NCBI GenBank assembly: GCA_965263355.1
Contig: CBDHHL010000056.1
Coordinates: 1,888,001 to 1,952,000 of the forward strand
Length of the DNA: 64,000 bases
Direction: 5' to 3'
From: Leptolyngbyaceae cyanobacterium
Lineage (GTDB): Bacteria > Cyanobacteriota > Cyanobacteriia > Phormidesmidales > Phormidesmidaceae
Part shown: positions 22,104-34,020 of the stretch, piece after piece
Numbering within the stretch: the first letter of the stretch is position 1
Layout of the letters: every line of letters starts with the position of its first letter
Notes under the pieces: generated by a model
The model's database searches: none
What the model was told of the DNA's origin: nothing
The model's input: the letters and a program-made list of their open reading frames with translations, nothing else
Made by a program: the position numbers and the translations under genes

Positions 22104-23552
22104 ATGAGCTTAGTTCTTTACAACACCTTATCTCGACGCAAAGAGCCCTTTCAGCCATTAGTCGCTGGTACGGCAAAAATTTACTGCTGTGGTGTGACGG
22201 TATATGACTATTGCCACTTGGGCCATGCTCGCTGCTATGTGGTTTGGGATACAATTCGTCGTTACTTACGATGGCGTGGCTACGATGTGCATTATGTTCA
22301 AAACTTCACTGACATCGACGATAAGATTTTGAACCGTGCTCGCAAAGAAGGCACCACGATGGAGGCGGTTTCACAACGCTTTATTGAGGCCTACCACGAA
22401 GACATGGCTCGGCTCAATATTTTAGAGGCCGATGAATATACCTATGCCACCCATACGATTGACGGCATTAAACGCTTAATTGGTGAGCTAGAAAACAAGG
22501 GGTATGCCTATGCGGCTGGGGGCGATGTTTATTACAGGGTCCGTAAGTTTGAGGGCTATGGTAAGCTCTCTGGCCGTAAGTTGGATGACATGCAGGCTGG
22601 TGCAAGTGGTCGTGTAGATGGGGGTACACCGAAAAAGCAAGATCCGTTTGACTTTGCGTTGTGGAAAGGGGCTAAACCCGATGAACCAGCTTGGGAGTCA
22701 CCCTGGGGGTTAGGACGTCCCGGTTGGCATATTGAGTGCTCGGCCATGGTGCGCGATCGCATGGGCGATACTATCGATATTCACATGGGTGGCGGCGATC
22801 TGACGTTTCCTCACCATGAGAATGAAATCGCTCAGTCAGAAGCAGCCACAGGACATCCTTTGTCTCAGTATTGGATGCACAATGGCATGGTGAATGTGAA
22901 CGGTGAAAAGATGTCCAAGTCCTTGGGCAATTTCACGACTATTCGTCAGTTGCTAGATGCTGATGATGGTCTACATCCTATGGCATTGCGATTATTTCTC
23001 TGTCAGGCACAGTATCGAAAACCAGTGGACTTCACTGAGGATGCGATCGCATCAGCCACTAAAAGTTGGCAAACGCTGCAAGAGGGATTACTGTTTGGCA
23101 ATAATCACGGCCCTCAGCTAGATTGGCCTGACTCAAACACCTGGTCACTAGATCGTGAAAGTGATGTGGTTCAACGGTTTCAGATTGCTATGGATGACGA
23201 CTTCAACACTCCAGAAGCCGTTGCCGTACTGTTTGAACTCGCCAAAGAACTGCGTCGCCAGGGCAATCTTCTGGTTCATGAGGGCAAAATCGATGCGGAT
23301 AGTGACAAGCTGCAACACCAGTGGCAAAATCTCGTTGGTCTAGCTCAGGTGCTAGGGATTGAGGCCACTGTCGATAGCACCACTGGCAATGACGGTCCCA
23401 GTGATGATGAAATTGCAAGTTTAATTGAGCAACGATTAGCTGCTAAAAAAGCAAAAGACTTCGCTCTAGCTGACAAAATTCGGGATGACTTAACCGCTCA
23501 GGGAATTACATTGATCGATAAACCCGGTGGTGTGACCGAGTGGCATCGGTGA
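22104..23552 (+). CDS. cysS: cysteinyl-tRNA synthetase
   Basis: LYNTL, CGVTVYDYCHLGH, GRPGWHIECSAM, FPHHENE, KMSKS. Start at ATG 22104. Confidence 0.98.
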   Translation: MSLVLYNTLSRRKEPFQPLVAGTAKIYCCGVTVYDYCHLGHARCYVVWDTIRRYLRWRGYDVHYVQNFTDIDDKILNRARKEGTTMEAVSQRFIEAYHEDMARLNILEADEYTYATHTIDGIKRLIGELENKGYAYAAGGDVYYRVRKFEGYGKLSGRKLDDMQAGASGRVDGGTPKKQDPFDFALWKGAKPDEPAWESPWGLGRPGWHIECSAMVRDRMGDTIDIHMGGGDLTFPHHENEIAQSEAATGHPLSQYWMHNGMVNVNGEKMSKSLGNFTTIRQLLDADDGLHPMALRLFLCQAQYRKPVDFTEDAIASATKSWQTLQEGLLFGNNHGPQLDWPDSNTWSLDRESDVVQRFQIAMDDDFNTPEAVAVLFELAKELRRQGNLLVHEGKIDADSDKLQHQWQNLVGLAQVLGIEATVDSTTGNDGPSDDEIASLIEQRLAAKKAKDFALADKIRDDLTAQGITLIDKPGGVTEWHR

Positions 23553-23555
23553 GCG

Positions 23556-24305
23556 GTGAGCATGAAAGCACCAACGATTACTGTGGGTAAACAAGCGATT
23601 GATAGGGTCCACGCTATAGCGTCTGACCAGGTCGAGGCGCTAATTGACTACCTGGGAAATTTTCTTACCCCTGAGCGGAAAACCAAAATTGAAACAGTTT
23701 TGGCCCATCGTACTCGCTATGTAACAGTTGCTTTAGAAGACATTCACACGAGTCAAAATGCTGGAGCCGTCTTGCGTAACTGTGATAACTTTGGCATCCA
23801 AGATGTTCACATTATTGAGGAAACTACCAACTTTAAGGTGAATCTCAATGTCACCCGAGGTTGCCAAAAGTGGCTAACCACCCATCGCTATCGGAAACAG
23901 CAAAACAATACTCGCGTCTGTATTGACGCATTAAAAGCTAAGGGCTATTGCATTGTGGCGACAACTCCCTACACTGATGCTTGTGAACTGCCAGCACTAC
24001 CTTTGGATCGTCCCATAGCATTGCTGTTTGGCAATGAGTTAGACGGGGTGTCACCAATAACGTTGGAGCAAGCCGACAGACATCTAAAAATTCCGATGTA
24101 CGGTTTTAGCGAAAGCTTTAATATTTCGGTGAGCACTGCGCTGTGTTTGCAGAATATTTGCGATCGCCTGCGTCAATCCTCCTCCTACTCCTGGCAGCTG
24201 TCTTTAGAGGAAAAGCGTGCACTACGCCTCAAGTGGTATCGCAGTTCTTGTAAAAAGATTCAACAGTTAGAAGCAAGTTTTTGGCAGACGTATAAGGGCT
24301 CTTAA
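23556..24305 (+). CDS. TrmH/SpoU-family RNA methyltransferase
   Basis: NAGAVLR, LLFGNE, IPMYGFSESFNISV SPOUT motifs. Confidence 0.9.
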   Translation: MSMKAPTITVGKQAIDRVHAIASDQVEALIDYLGNFLTPERKTKIETVLAHRTRYVTVALEDIHTSQNAGAVLRNCDNFGIQDVHIIEETTNFKVNLNVTRGCQKWLTTHRYRKQQNNTRVCIDALKAKGYCIVATTPYTDACELPALPLDRPIALLFGNELDGVSPITLEQADRHLKIPMYGFSESFNISVSTALCLQNICDRLRQSSSYSWQLSLEEKRALRLKWYRSSCKKIQQLEASFWQTYKGS

Positions 24306-25417
24306 AAACCGTACTCTTCTAGTACCGCATCATCTAAGTCATCAATGGAGTTCGCGTCCATGACGTCGTAACACATGTCTTGCAAATCTTGATGTCGTTG
24401 TCGTCGGGACGTACGGCGATACTTTTTAGCCTCTAGCTTAGGTTCGTGTTGCACCTGACCATCGCTGCCCATTTTTACTTTTTCAGCTGCCTCAGTATCA
24501 GGTCGATGGTCTACCTGATATTGATGGTGGAGCACTTCATTGAGCAACAGCAGGTAATAGTCATAACGCTCCCAATCACCTCTAACACTGCAACCAGGCT
24601 CGTCACGATGCAAGCAGTTATTAAACTGGCAATGTCCTGACCGCTGGCGTATTTCTGGGAAACATCGCATCAGTGTCTCCACAGTGCAGGTAACATCGGG
24701 TTGGTTAAAACCAGGGGTATCGGCTAATAAACCGCCAGTCGGCAAATCAAATAGTTCTACATGACGTGTGGTGTGACGACCTCGACCAAGCTTACCGGAC
24801 ACAGCATTGGTACGAGCATCTACATCTGGGACAAGACGATTAAGGAGACTGGATTTACCTACACCTGAAGGACCTGCCACAACAGTCACTCGGTGCTTTA
24901 AGGTATCCATCAAAGCCGTAGATAAGTCCTTATCTTCCCAAACACTCACAAGTAAAGGCTCATATCCCCAATTCCTGAGACGAGTCTGCCACTGAGTAAT
25001 GGCCTCTTGGGCAAGCAGATCTCGTTTATTCAGGCATAGGGTAACCGGAATACCGGTGGATTCTGCTTTTACCAGAAAACGACTGAGCTGGGTTGGATCC
25101 AATACGGGCTCGGCTAGGGCAAATACCAGTAGAATTTGATCTACGTTGGAAATAGGAGGGCGATCTAGCAAATTAAAGCGGGGGTGAATGGTTGCGATCG
25201 CGCCTCGGCAATCTTGCCAATCCATCTCCTCAACCTGTACCTGGTCACCAACCACAACCTGCTGCCCAAGCTTTTTCAAACGTGCACGACGGGTACACAA
25301 AAAGTACAGTGGCTCACCATTTTGCGAAGAAAGTCTGACCTGGTAATAGTTTGCCTGACAAGCAACCACGGTTCCTGACACAGAAGACAGGTTAAAATGC
25401 TCCGATGCTACCGTCAT
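24302..25417 (-). CDS. rsgA: ribosome small subunit-dependent GTPase A
   Basis: NKRD before GPSGVGKSS (circular permutation), GRHTT, DTPG, CQFNNCLHRDEPGC. Confidence 0.96.
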   Translation of the reverse strand: MTVASEHFNLSSVSGTVVACQANYYQVRLSSQNGEPLYFLCTRRARLKKLGQQVVVGDQVQVEEMDWQDCRGAIATIHPRFNLLDRPPISNVDQILLVFALAEPVLDPTQLSRFLVKAESTGIPVTLCLNKRDLLAQEAITQWQTRLRNWGYEPLLVSVWEDKDLSTALMDTLKHRVTVVAGPSGVGKSSLLNRLVPDVDARTNAVSGKLGRGRHTTRHVELFDLPTGGLLADTPGFNQPDVTCTVETLMRCFPEIRQRSGHCQFNNCLHRDEPGCSVRGDWERYDYYLLLLNEVLHHQYQVDHRPDTEAAEKVKMGSDGQVQHEPKLEAKKYRRTSRRQRHQDLQDMCYDVMDANSIDDLDDAVLEEYGF

Positions 25418-25665
25418 GCTGCAGGTCGTCTTACCTGCAGTGAAAAATAACCCTCTGAACTTAATTCTAATGCTTCGATCAGAAAACCTTCCGAACGCAG
25501 ACTATCAGGAACTTGTTCCACCGGCTCCCCAGCATCTAGCCAAACCTCTAAAAGATCGCCTGTAGGCATGCGTTGTAGCTTAAGCTTGGTCCGCACAAAA
25601 TTTAAGGGGCAGGGCGTCCCACGCAAATCTAAGGTCTCATCAGGTCTATTCAAGACATCCGCCAT
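25414..25665 (-). CDS. TusA/SirA-family sulfur carrier
   Basis: LDLRGTPCPLN motif. Confidence 0.88.
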   Translation of the reverse strand: MADVLNRPDETLDLRGTPCPLNFVRTKLKLQRMPTGDLLEVWLDAGEPVEQVPDSLRSEGFLIEALELSSEGYFSLQVRRPAA

Positions 25666-25754
25666 ACTTTAGCAATCTCCTAATTACTGGCCAACTAGTG
25701 CAGCGCCAAAACCTAATTTTAAAGTGACCTCCTTTCGTTAGTCTTGACAGGCCA

Positions 25755-26882
25755 CTAGCCTTTAAATAAACCACCTAAAAATCCCTCGAGTCCCTTTTTC
25801 GAGACCGAATCCCCTCGAACCTCAGCTAACTTTGCTAGTAGCTCACGTTCTTCAGTCTTAATCCTAGTAGGAATATCCACCAGAATCGTTAATAAATGAT
25901 TACCACGACTAACTGGATTACCTAGTTTAGGTACTCCACGATTTTCTAATGTTAAAACCGTATTAGGTTGAGTCCCAGCTGGCACCTGAACTTCCAATGC
26001 CCCATCCACAGTTTCAATCTGCAAATCACAACCTAAAATTGCCTGCAGGTAACTAATTTTCAAGTCTGAGAGCACGTTGATACCATCACGTTTAAAATTA
26101 CTGTGCTCCTTGACGAATAAGTACACATACAGATCACCTGGCGGGCCACTACGCATCCCCGCATCCCCTTCATTGGAAACCCGTAGACGAGTGCCATTAT
26201 CAACACCAGCAGGAATAGTGATCTTTAACTTCTTAGTCTCTTGCTTACGACCCGCTCCACCACAAACTTCACAACGATCTTCAACGACTTCACCCGTCCC
26301 ATTACAAGTAGGACAAGCCGAGACCTGGGTAAAGCTACCAAAGGGAGTACGCGTTGCGCGGCGAACTTGACCTGAACCGTTACAAGTGGAGCAAGTACGA
26401 GGTCGAGTGCCTGGCTTTGCCCCCGAACCGTTACAGGTCATACAGTTTTCTAAATGACTAATTTTGATTTCTTTTTCACCACCAAAAATAGCCTCAGCAA
26501 AATCTAATTTTAGATCAAGACGCAAATCATCCCCGCGCATGGGACCGCGTCGCTTAGCCTGAGTCGGGCCACCCGAAAAACCACTAAAAAAGCTTTCAAA
26601 AATATCGGCAAAGCCGCCCATATCGGAAAAATCTTGAAAGCCTGCACCACCAGCGGCAGCACCACCTACACCCGCTTCGCCAAAACGATCATACCGAGCT
26701 CTAATCTCTGGCTCAGAAAGAACCTCATAAGCTCGGTTGATCTCTTTGAACTTATCTTCTGCGCCCGGCTCTTTATTTACATCGGGGTGATACTTACGTG
26801 CCAGCCGCCGATAAGCACGCTTTACCTCATCCTGATCGGCCCCCCGGGAAACACCGAGTACCTCATAGTAATCACGAGCCAT
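25755..26882 (-). CDS. dnaJ: class A DnaJ chaperone
   Basis: HPD motif, G/F region, four CxxCxGxG repeats. Confidence 0.98.
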   Translation of the reverse strand: MARDYYEVLGVSRGADQDEVKRAYRRLARKYHPDVNKEPGAEDKFKEINRAYEVLSEPEIRARYDRFGEAGVGGAAAGGAGFQDFSDMGGFADIFESFFSGFSGGPTQAKRRGPMRGDDLRLDLKLDFAEAIFGGEKEIKISHLENCMTCNGSGAKPGTRPRTCSTCNGSGQVRRATRTPFGSFTQVSACPTCNGTGEVVEDRCEVCGGAGRKQETKKLKITIPAGVDNGTRLRVSNEGDAGMRSGPPGDLYVYLFVKEHSNFKRDGINVLSDLKISYLQAILGCDLQIETVDGALEVQVPAGTQPNTVLTLENRGVPKLGNPVSRGNHLLTILVDIPTRIKTEERELLAKLAEVRGDSVSKKGLEGFLGGLFKG

Positions 26883-26984
26883 AGAATGTTAGCTTAACAA
26901 CGACAACTGGAAACCTATCCAACTATTCTACGTAAGCACGGCACATTACTAATTCGCAATTCCCGTACTCCGACAATTCGGTTA

Positions 26985-29000
26985 CTATTCAATTGCTTCG
27001 TAATCCGCTGTTATAGTTGCATCAAGGTCAAACTCTGGATCATCTGCCAGTAGATCGATAGCCTCAGGTTTGGCCACTGGCGCAGGTTCTCCAACTGAAG
27101 CAGCCTCTGAACTCTCTACTATTTCAAAGGAGTCAGATGGTGACATGTCTGGAGATGTTTCGTCCATCGCAATATCATAGTTGTCTTCATTGACTTGACG
27201 ATACATCTCAGAACCTATTGCTAAGATACTCTGCTGCAAGGCATCCAAGGCTGCTTGTAATTCTTCAGGCGAAATTTCCTTATTATTCAAAGCCGTCCGT
27301 AATGCGATCTCTGCTGCCTGAGCCTGCTCCTTACGCTCATCGCTGATCCATTCAGCATTTTCCCGCATCGTCGACTCATAACTGTAGAAGAGTTCGTCTG
27401 CCTTATTTCTCATTTCAGCAACCACCTTCCGACGAGCATCGTCATCAGCGTAGGCTTCTGCCTCCTCACGCATCTTCTCAATTTCACTAGACGTTAAACC
27501 GCCTGTGTTGGTGATACGAATGCTTTGGGCCCGCCCCGTGCCTTTATCCTTTGCTGCCACCTGCAAAATTCCGTCAGCATCAATTTCAAAGGATACTTCG
27601 ATTTGCGGAATACCCCTCGGCGCAGGTGGAATGCCAGTGAGTTCAAACCGCCCAAGACTCTTATTATCCCGTGCCATAGCCCGCTCACCCTGGAGTGCAT
27701 GCACTTCTACCGACGTCTGACCATCCGTTGCCGTGGAAAAGGTCTGTGACTTACTGGTGGGAATTGTAGTATTGCGCTCAATAACCTTAGTAAACACTTC
27801 TCCCAGGGTTTCAATCCCAAGGGATAGGGGAGTGACATCCAACAGCAATAAGTCTTTAACCTCACCGCCTAGCACACCTGCTTGGATAGATGCACCTAAG
27901 GCTACCGCCTCATCTGGGTTCACAGAGCGATCCGGTGTCTTACCATTAAAGTAGTGAGTAATTGCCTTTTGTACGGCTGGAATCCTTGTAGAGCCACCTA
28001 CCAATAGAATACGGTCAATATCATCTGGAGTGAGTTCTGCATCTTTTAAGGCTTGACCAACCGGTTCCAATGTGGCTTCAACTAGGGGCTTTGCCAACTC
28101 TTCAAACTTAGTACGCGATAGCTCCGATTCCAGATGCTTTGGACCGGTTTCATCTGCTGCAATAAAAGGTAAATTAATCGATGTAGTAGTTCGGCTGGAG
28201 AGTTCTATCTTCGCTTTCTCCGCTGCTTCACGAATACGTTGGAGGGCCATCCGATCAGTAGACAGATCCACGCCTTCTTGCTCGCGAAACTTCTCTAACA
28301 AGGCTGTGACGATACTATTATCAAAATCATCCCCACCCAGATGATTATTACCAGATGTAGCCTTCACCTCAAAAACACCGTCACCAAGTTGCAATATGGA
28401 AACATCAAATGTTCCACCGCCTAGGTCAAATACCAAAACAGTTTGGTCTTGCTCTAATTTATCAAGACCATAGGACAAAGCTGCGGCTGTAGGCTCATTG
28501 ATAATACGCAAAACCTCAAGGCCAGCAATTTTACCAGCGTCCTTTGTGGCCTGGCGTTGAGCATCTGTAAAATATGCAGGTACTGTAATAACGGCCTGAG
28601 TGACTTCCTCACCAAGATAGGCCTCCGCATCTTGCTTTAGCTTCTGTAGCGTCATAGCAGAGATTTCTTGAGGAGTGTAGGCCTTACCACGAATTAAAAC
28701 GTCGACCGTGTCATCCTTCCCTCGCACACAAGTATAGGGAACTCGCGACCTTTCACTGTCGGTATCATCCCAGCGACGACCAATAAAGCGTTTAATGCTG
28801 TATACGGTATTCTCAGCATTAGTAACTGCCTGACGCTTGGCTAATTGCCCAACCAAACGTTCACCATTTTTAGCAAAACCAACAATGCTCGGCATTGTCC
28901 GCCCACCTTCTGTGTTGGTAATTACCTCAGGTTTACCCCCTTCCAAAACAGCAACACAGCTATTTGTAGTTCCCAAATCAATGCCAATAACTTTACTCAT
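26985..29000 (-). CDS. dnaK: Hsp70 chaperone DnaK (paralog with long acidic tail)
   Basis: [31 protein letters not shown]. Confidence 0.98.
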   Translation of the reverse strand: MSKVIGIDLGTTNSCVAVLEGGKPEVITNTEGGRTMPSIVGFAKNGERLVGQLAKRQAVTNAENTVYSIKRFIGRRWDDTDSERSRVPYTCVRGKDDTVDVLIRGKAYTPQEISAMTLQKLKQDAEAYLGEEVTQAVITVPAYFTDAQRQATKDAGKIAGLEVLRIINEPTAAALSYGLDKLEQDQTVLVFDLGGGTFDVSILQLGDGVFEVKATSGNNHLGGDDFDNSIVTALLEKFREQEGVDLSTDRMALQRIREAAEKAKIELSSRTTTSINLPFIAADETGPKHLESELSRTKFEELAKPLVEATLEPVGQALKDAELTPDDIDRILLVGGSTRIPAVQKAITHYFNGKTPDRSVNPDEAVALGASIQAGVLGGEVKDLLLLDVTPLSLGIETLGEVFTKVIERNTTIPTSKSQTFSTATDGQTSVEVHALQGERAMARDNKSLGRFELTGIPPAPRGIPQIEVSFEIDADGILQVAAKDKGTGRAQSIRITNTGGLTSSEIEKMREEAEAYADDDARRKVVAEMRNKADELFYSYESTMRENAEWISDERKEQAQAAEIALRTALNNKEISPEELQAALDALQQSILAIGSEMYRQVNEDNYDIAMDETSPDMSPSDSFEIVESSEAASVGEPAPVAKPEAIDLLADDPEFDLDATITADYEAIE

Positions 29001-29341
29001 CTGAGAGCCTGCTTACTCCAGAAAATCACACAATTTTAGAAAATAGATATTCACTAGACATAGAACACCAGCTTGCACAGTAAACCCATATCTCTGAAAA
29101 AACTAGAGTTGGCAAAAGCCATTACTAAGGACATACATAAGTTACAAACAAGCATTAGCCCAGTGAACTAACCGATATATAAGCTTCGGTAAAAATTGCT
29201 ATATGGTTACACCCTGCCCATAAAACACTCACAGATCAAATCTGCGATTAGCACATTAAAGTGCATAGGTTATTTCCCAATATAAATACAATACCCAAAA
29301 CCATAAACTCTAACAAAGTCCCTTGATATTCAAGCAAGCTT

Positions 29342-29374
29342 CATAACTGAGCTTTTATTACAAGCTCAGTTATG
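29342..29374. terminator. 13-bp inverted repeat downstream of grpE
   Basis: CATAACTGAGCTT / AAGCTCAGTTATG. Confidence 0.5.
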
Positions 29375-29418
29375 TTTTGGGTAAGTATTGGATTATTGGA
29401 TGTCAATAAAATGCATGA

Positions 29419-30135
29419 CTATTCCTCTAAAGGAGTCGCGACCTTAACCATGGCATGGCGTAAGACACGCTCGCCTAAAACGTAACCTCTCACTAATTCC
29501 TCAATAACTGTACCGTCATCATGTTCATTGGTAGGCTCGCGCATTACAGCTTCATGCAAATTGGGGTCAAATTCTTTACCCTCTGCACGCATTGGTGCCA
29601 CCCCTATCCGTTTAAGAGCTTCTACCAACTGTTTATAAACACTCTGATAGCTCTTATGAACAGCCATTTCACCATCGCTTTGAGGTTTAATTTGGGCACG
29701 CGCCCGCTCAAAGTTGTCCACGACCTCTAACATATTGCTGATGGTACTGCACTTGATCTGCAGTTCAAGGTCTTCTTTCTCACGGCTCGTACGCTTACGA
29801 AAGTTTTCAAAATCAGCTGTGAGTCTTAAATATTGGTTGTTTCTGTCTTCTAACTGTGTCTTTAGCTGAGCCACCTGCTCCTCTAAAGCGGAAAAAGTTG
29901 CCACATTGACTTCGGACGGTTCTTGAACCTCAGCACTATCAGTCGCTGCTACGTCATCAGAGGCAACTTCGGAAAACTCATTTTCAAAATCAATGTCAAT
30001 CTCGGCGTCTTCTACTTTAAGCTCCTCAATACCGGTATCTACCTCATTGATAGTATTAGATGCTTCATCTTCTTCAATTGAACTACTTTCTGCCGGATTA
30101 ACGTTTTCTGCCGGATTAACGTCCTCTACCATCAT
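29419..30135 (-). CDS. grpE: nucleotide exchange factor GrpE
   Basis: [34 protein letters not shown]. Confidence 0.97.
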   Translation of the reverse strand: MMVEDVNPAENVNPAESSSIEEDEASNTINEVDTGIEELKVEDAEIDIDFENEFSEVASDDVAATDSAEVQEPSEVNVATFSALEEQVAQLKTQLEDRNNQYLRLTADFENFRKRTSREKEDLELQIKCSTISNMLEVVDNFERARAQIKPQSDGEMAVHKSYQSVYKQLVEALKRIGVAPMRAEGKEFDPNLHEAVMREPTNEHDDGTVIEELVRGYVLGERVLRHAMVKVATPLEE

Positions 30136-30587
30136 TTAACCTCATCAATAACAGAACACAGAGGGAGCATCATTATTGCCTTAGACGCTGATAATTTTAA
30201 GCGAGTTGCACTATTCTAAGACACCCTCTTATATAAGGATTTAGACGAAAAACTGCATTCTTGACCTAGTACGGCTTGTCACGGCCTTGCCCTGTAACCT
30301 TACTTTAAACATCTTAGACGTATCACAATAGTGCATTTTGCAACGTAATGACTACATAAAACTAGAATGCCCTCTGCCATAATTTCTGCCTCGATCGCCA
30401 CGATTAGCTATCAATGCGGCTAGCTGGATGCTATTGTTCAAGCTATTATCGGGAAATAGAGCAGCATCTTCAGAAGATGCTGCTCTATTTAGGAGTATCT
30501 TCAATCCATTGACTTGGATCCTCCTTGGAACTGTCTACAGAAAAGCGTTTTGTGGGCAACCTTCTGTAAGGATTTTCTGCGGCGACT

Positions 30588-32600
30588 ATGACAAATTCCT
30601 CATCATCTAGGAAAGCGCTTGTTCTACAAAGAAGCTTTTCACCATTTAGCAACCAGCTTATCCAAGCAGGGTATGTTGATACTGACCAAATGCAGCAAGC
30701 ATTGGTTGAAAGTCGAAAGTCAGGGCGCTCGTTAACAGATGTTTTAGAATCTTTAACGGGCCAGCAGCTAAGTCCAGAACTCTTAAGGCAGTACAAGAAA
30801 CAACAGCTATTCGAACTTAAGATTCTCTACGGGGTTGAGTCATTAGATCCTGAAATTGAAAGCGTATCTGATACCAAAGTTGGCAATCTGATTGACGACT
30901 TAATCCCTGTTGATATCTGTCGTCGTCATAGATTACTGCCACTTTCTCGTACCGATGATCCCGAGGGAGCTTCCACCGTGCTAGTGGCAATGGTGGATCC
31001 AGAAAATTTAGAGGCTCAGGATGATCTAAATCGCATTTTACGTCCTAAGAATCTGAAACTGCGTCGCATGGTAATTACCGTTGAAGATTACCAACGGATG
31101 ATTTCAGTGTATCTAGATGATCAGGTTGCTAAAGAAAAGCAGCGCGATTTTGAGCAGGCTGTTGATGTTAACGCTAATTTAGAAGATCTGGACCTTGATG
31201 CCGCCGATCTTGAAGAAACACTGGACGAAGAAGCTGATCTAAGTACAGCAGTTCAAGATGCAGGAGCTGCTCCTGTTATTGCTCTGGTTAATAAGATATT
31301 GGTAAAGGCCCTTCAAGAAGGTGCTTCCGATATCCATGTCGAGCCTCAGGAAGAATTTTTACGAATTCGTTTTCGCCGTGATGGTGTTTTACGTCAGGCT
31401 TTTCAAAAGTTTCCTAAAAAAATTATCCCAGCGGTTACAGCTCGTCTAAAAATTATCGCGGAACTAGATATTGCTGAGCGGCGTGTTCCCCAGGATGGTC
31501 GAATTCGAAGGGTCTTTCAGGGACGTAAAGTTGACTTTCGAGTGAGTACTATTCCCAGTCGTTATGGCGAAAAGGTAGTTTTACGTATATTAGATAATAC
31601 TAACACTCAGCTTGGTTTGGATAAGCTGATAACCGATGACGAAACCCTAAAAATCGTTCGGGATATGACCAGTTCCCCTTATGGTTTGATTCTGGTGACG
31701 GGGCCTACAGGATCAGGTAAAACGACTACTTTATATTCGGTTTTAGCGGAACGTAATGATCCAAGCATCAACATTAGTACGGCAGAAGACCCTATCGAAT
31801 ATGCGTTACCTGGCATTACACAGGTACAAGTCATTCGTGAAAAAGGTATTGACTTTTCACTCCTTCTACGAGCGTTCCTGCGCCAGGATCCCGATGTTAT
31901 TCTGGTGGGTGAGACCCGTGATACTGAAACTGCTAAAACTGCAATCGAAGCAGCACTCACTGGTCACTTAGTTTTGACTACTCTGCATACCAATGATGCT
32001 GCAGGGGCCATTTCTCGTCTAAATGAAATGGAAGTTGAGGCATTCCAGGTATCTAGTTCGTTAATCGGGGTACTTGCTCAGCGTTTAGTACGCCGAGTAT
32101 GTACTGATTGTCGAATAGCTTATGTACCTAGCAATGAGGAGTTGGCTCGGTTTGGTTTAAGTTCGTCCGGTGGTGATGTTAAGTTTTACCGAGCTAAAAC
32201 AGTTTCTCCAGATCAAGTCGAAGCCTCTAAAAACGCGGGAGACCTCTGCGAAACTTGTCAGGGCTCGGGTTACAAGGGACGGGTTGGTGTATACGAAGTA
32301 ATGCGTATCACTGAAACCATACAGAAAATGATCTCGGATGGAGCCCCCGCAGAACATATAAAAGAAGCTGCCGTTGAAGAAGGTATGCAGACACTGTTGG
32401 CTTACAGCCTCAACCTAGTTGAACAGGGTTACACCACCTTGGAAGAAGTAGAACGAGTGACCTTCACCGACACAGGCTTGGAAGCTGAACTCAAAGCAAG
32501 ACGCAAGAGCGTTTTGAGCTGTACTACTTGTGGCGCAGAGTTACACCATGACTGGTTAGATTGTCCTTACTGTCTCACGCCACGATTCCAAGATAATTAG
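30588..32600 (+). CDS. pilB: type IV pilus assembly ATPase PilB
   Basis: ASDIH, PQDGR, GPTGSGKT, EDPIE, LRQDPD, HTND, tetracysteine motif, C-terminal CxxC...CPYC ribbon. Confidence 0.96.
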   Translation: MTNSSSSRKALVLQRSFSPFSNQLIQAGYVDTDQMQQALVESRKSGRSLTDVLESLTGQQLSPELLRQYKKQQLFELKILYGVESLDPEIESVSDTKVGNLIDDLIPVDICRRHRLLPLSRTDDPEGASTVLVAMVDPENLEAQDDLNRILRPKNLKLRRMVITVEDYQRMISVYLDDQVAKEKQRDFEQAVDVNANLEDLDLDAADLEETLDEEADLSTAVQDAGAAPVIALVNKILVKALQEGASDIHVEPQEEFLRIRFRRDGVLRQAFQKFPKKIIPAVTARLKIIAELDIAERRVPQDGRIRRVFQGRKVDFRVSTIPSRYGEKVVLRILDNTNTQLGLDKLITDDETLKIVRDMTSSPYGLILVTGPTGSGKTTTLYSVLAERNDPSINISTAEDPIEYALPGITQVQVIREKGIDFSLLLRAFLRQDPDVILVGETRDTETAKTAIEAALTGHLVLTTLHTNDAAGAISRLNEMEVEAFQVSSSLIGVLAQRLVRRVCTDCRIAYVPSNEELARFGLSSSGGDVKFYRAKTVSPDQVEASKNAGDLCETCQGSGYKGRVGVYEVMRITETIQKMISDGAPAEHIKEAAVEEGMQTLLAYSLNLVEQGYTTLEEVERVTFTDTGLEAELKARRKSVLSCTTCGAELHHDWLDCPYCLTPRFQDN

Positions 32601-32750
32601 TTGGGTTAGCTAGATGTAATTCTTCACAGCAGAGTGGGTACAATCATCTGCATTAATTGCATCTAGCTCTACTGAAATGCCCTGCTATTTCATTAAAATC
32701 AATATCCTTTGCTTACAACGATTTTGTAGATATCTACCTGAGGTGGCCCT

Positions 32751-33896
32751 ATGGAAATGATGATTGAAGACTTAATGGAAGAAGTAGTTGAGCGAGGCGG
32801 ATCTGATCTCCACCTTTCGGCAGGCTTACCCCCTTATATTCGGGTCAGTGGTCATCTCACGCCCACTGAGCATCCACCGATGACCCCTGAGCAATGTCAA
32901 CGGCTAATTTTTAGCATGCTTAATAATACTCAGCGGAAGCATTTGGAGCAAAATTGGGAATTAGATTGCTCTTATGGTGTAAAAGGATTAGCGCGTTTTC
33001 GAGTCAATGTTTACAAAGATAGGGGTACCTATGCAGCCTGTCTACGAGCACTGAGTTCTAAGATCCCCAGCGCTGATTTGCTAGGCTTACCCGATATTGT
33101 GATCGAGCTTGCCCGCAAGCCACGCGGTCTCATTTTGGTGACTGGGCCGACGGGGTCTGGCAAGTCCACTACCTTGGCTTCGATGATCAATGACATCAAC
33201 CATTCTAGGGCTGAGCATATTCTGACAGTTGAAGACCCAATTGAATTCATCTATGAGCCTATTAAGAGTCTGATTCACCAACGCCAGATTGGCGAAGATA
33301 CTAAGAGTTTTGCCAACGCACTTAGGGCTGCACTACGGGAAGACCCTGATGTCATTCTGGTGGGTGAGATGCGGGATTTAGAAACTATTTCCCTGGCGAT
33401 TTCAGCAGCAGAAACAGGACACCTTGTTTTCGGTACCTTACATACTAGTTCTGCGGCACAAACAGTAGACAGAATGGTCGACGTATTTCCACCTGAGCAA
33501 CAACAGCAGGTACGCGTACAGCTTTCTAACTCTCTAGTCGCAGTGCTTAGTCAAACCCTTGTTCCTAAGGCAAATCCAAAGCCTGGTGAGTTTGGTCGGG
33601 TGATGGCCCAAGAGATTATGGTAGTTACACCAGCGATTTCTAACTTAATTCGGGAAGGTAAAACAGCGCAAATTTACGGGGCTATTCAAACAGGTGCTAA
33701 GTTAGGCATGCAAACATTAGAGATGGTTTTAGCCGATCTATACAAGGCTGGCACTATTAACTTTGAAAATGCTATAGGCAAGTCGTCCCGAGCTGATGAA
33801 CTGCAACGATTGATCAATGCAGGGGGCGCAGGCACTACTATGAACAAAGGTCAGGCACAGCGTGGACGTCAAGCTACAGGTGGTTTACGTCGTTAG
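32751..33896 (+). CDS. pilT: type IV pilus retraction ATPase PilT
   Basis: GSDLHL, RFRVN, GPTGSGKST, LREDPD, AISNLIRE. Confidence 0.97.
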   Translation: MEMMIEDLMEEVVERGGSDLHLSAGLPPYIRVSGHLTPTEHPPMTPEQCQRLIFSMLNNTQRKHLEQNWELDCSYGVKGLARFRVNVYKDRGTYAACLRALSSKIPSADLLGLPDIVIELARKPRGLILVTGPTGSGKSTTLASMINDINHSRAEHILTVEDPIEFIYEPIKSLIHQRQIGEDTKSFANALRAALREDPDVILVGEMRDLETISLAISAAETGHLVFGTLHTSSAAQTVDRMVDVFPPEQQQQVRVQLSNSLVAVLSQTLVPKANPKPGEFGRVMAQEIMVVTPAISNLIREGKTAQIYGAIQTGAKLGMQTLEMVLADLYKAGTINFENAIGKSSRADELQRLINAGGAGTTMNKGQAQRGRQATGGLRR

Positions 33897-34020
33897 GACA
33901 TGGAAAATTCTGAGGCTAGACTATTTTTTTACTCAAAATTAGGGGTTGCCTAATTTTGAGGCAAAGCTGTATAAAGCCTTCAATGACTGCTACGCATAAA
34001 ACTTTGCAGAGGTAAAACCT

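Noticed and set aside
29248..29268. CIRCE-like TTAGCAC...GTGC upstream of dnaK
   Set aside because: Spacing and the right arm do not fit TTAGCACTC-N9-GAGTGCTAA.
30087..30121. 18-bp tandem duplication at the grpE 5' end ([12 protein letters not shown])
   Set aside because: Real but trivial slippage in a disordered N-terminus.
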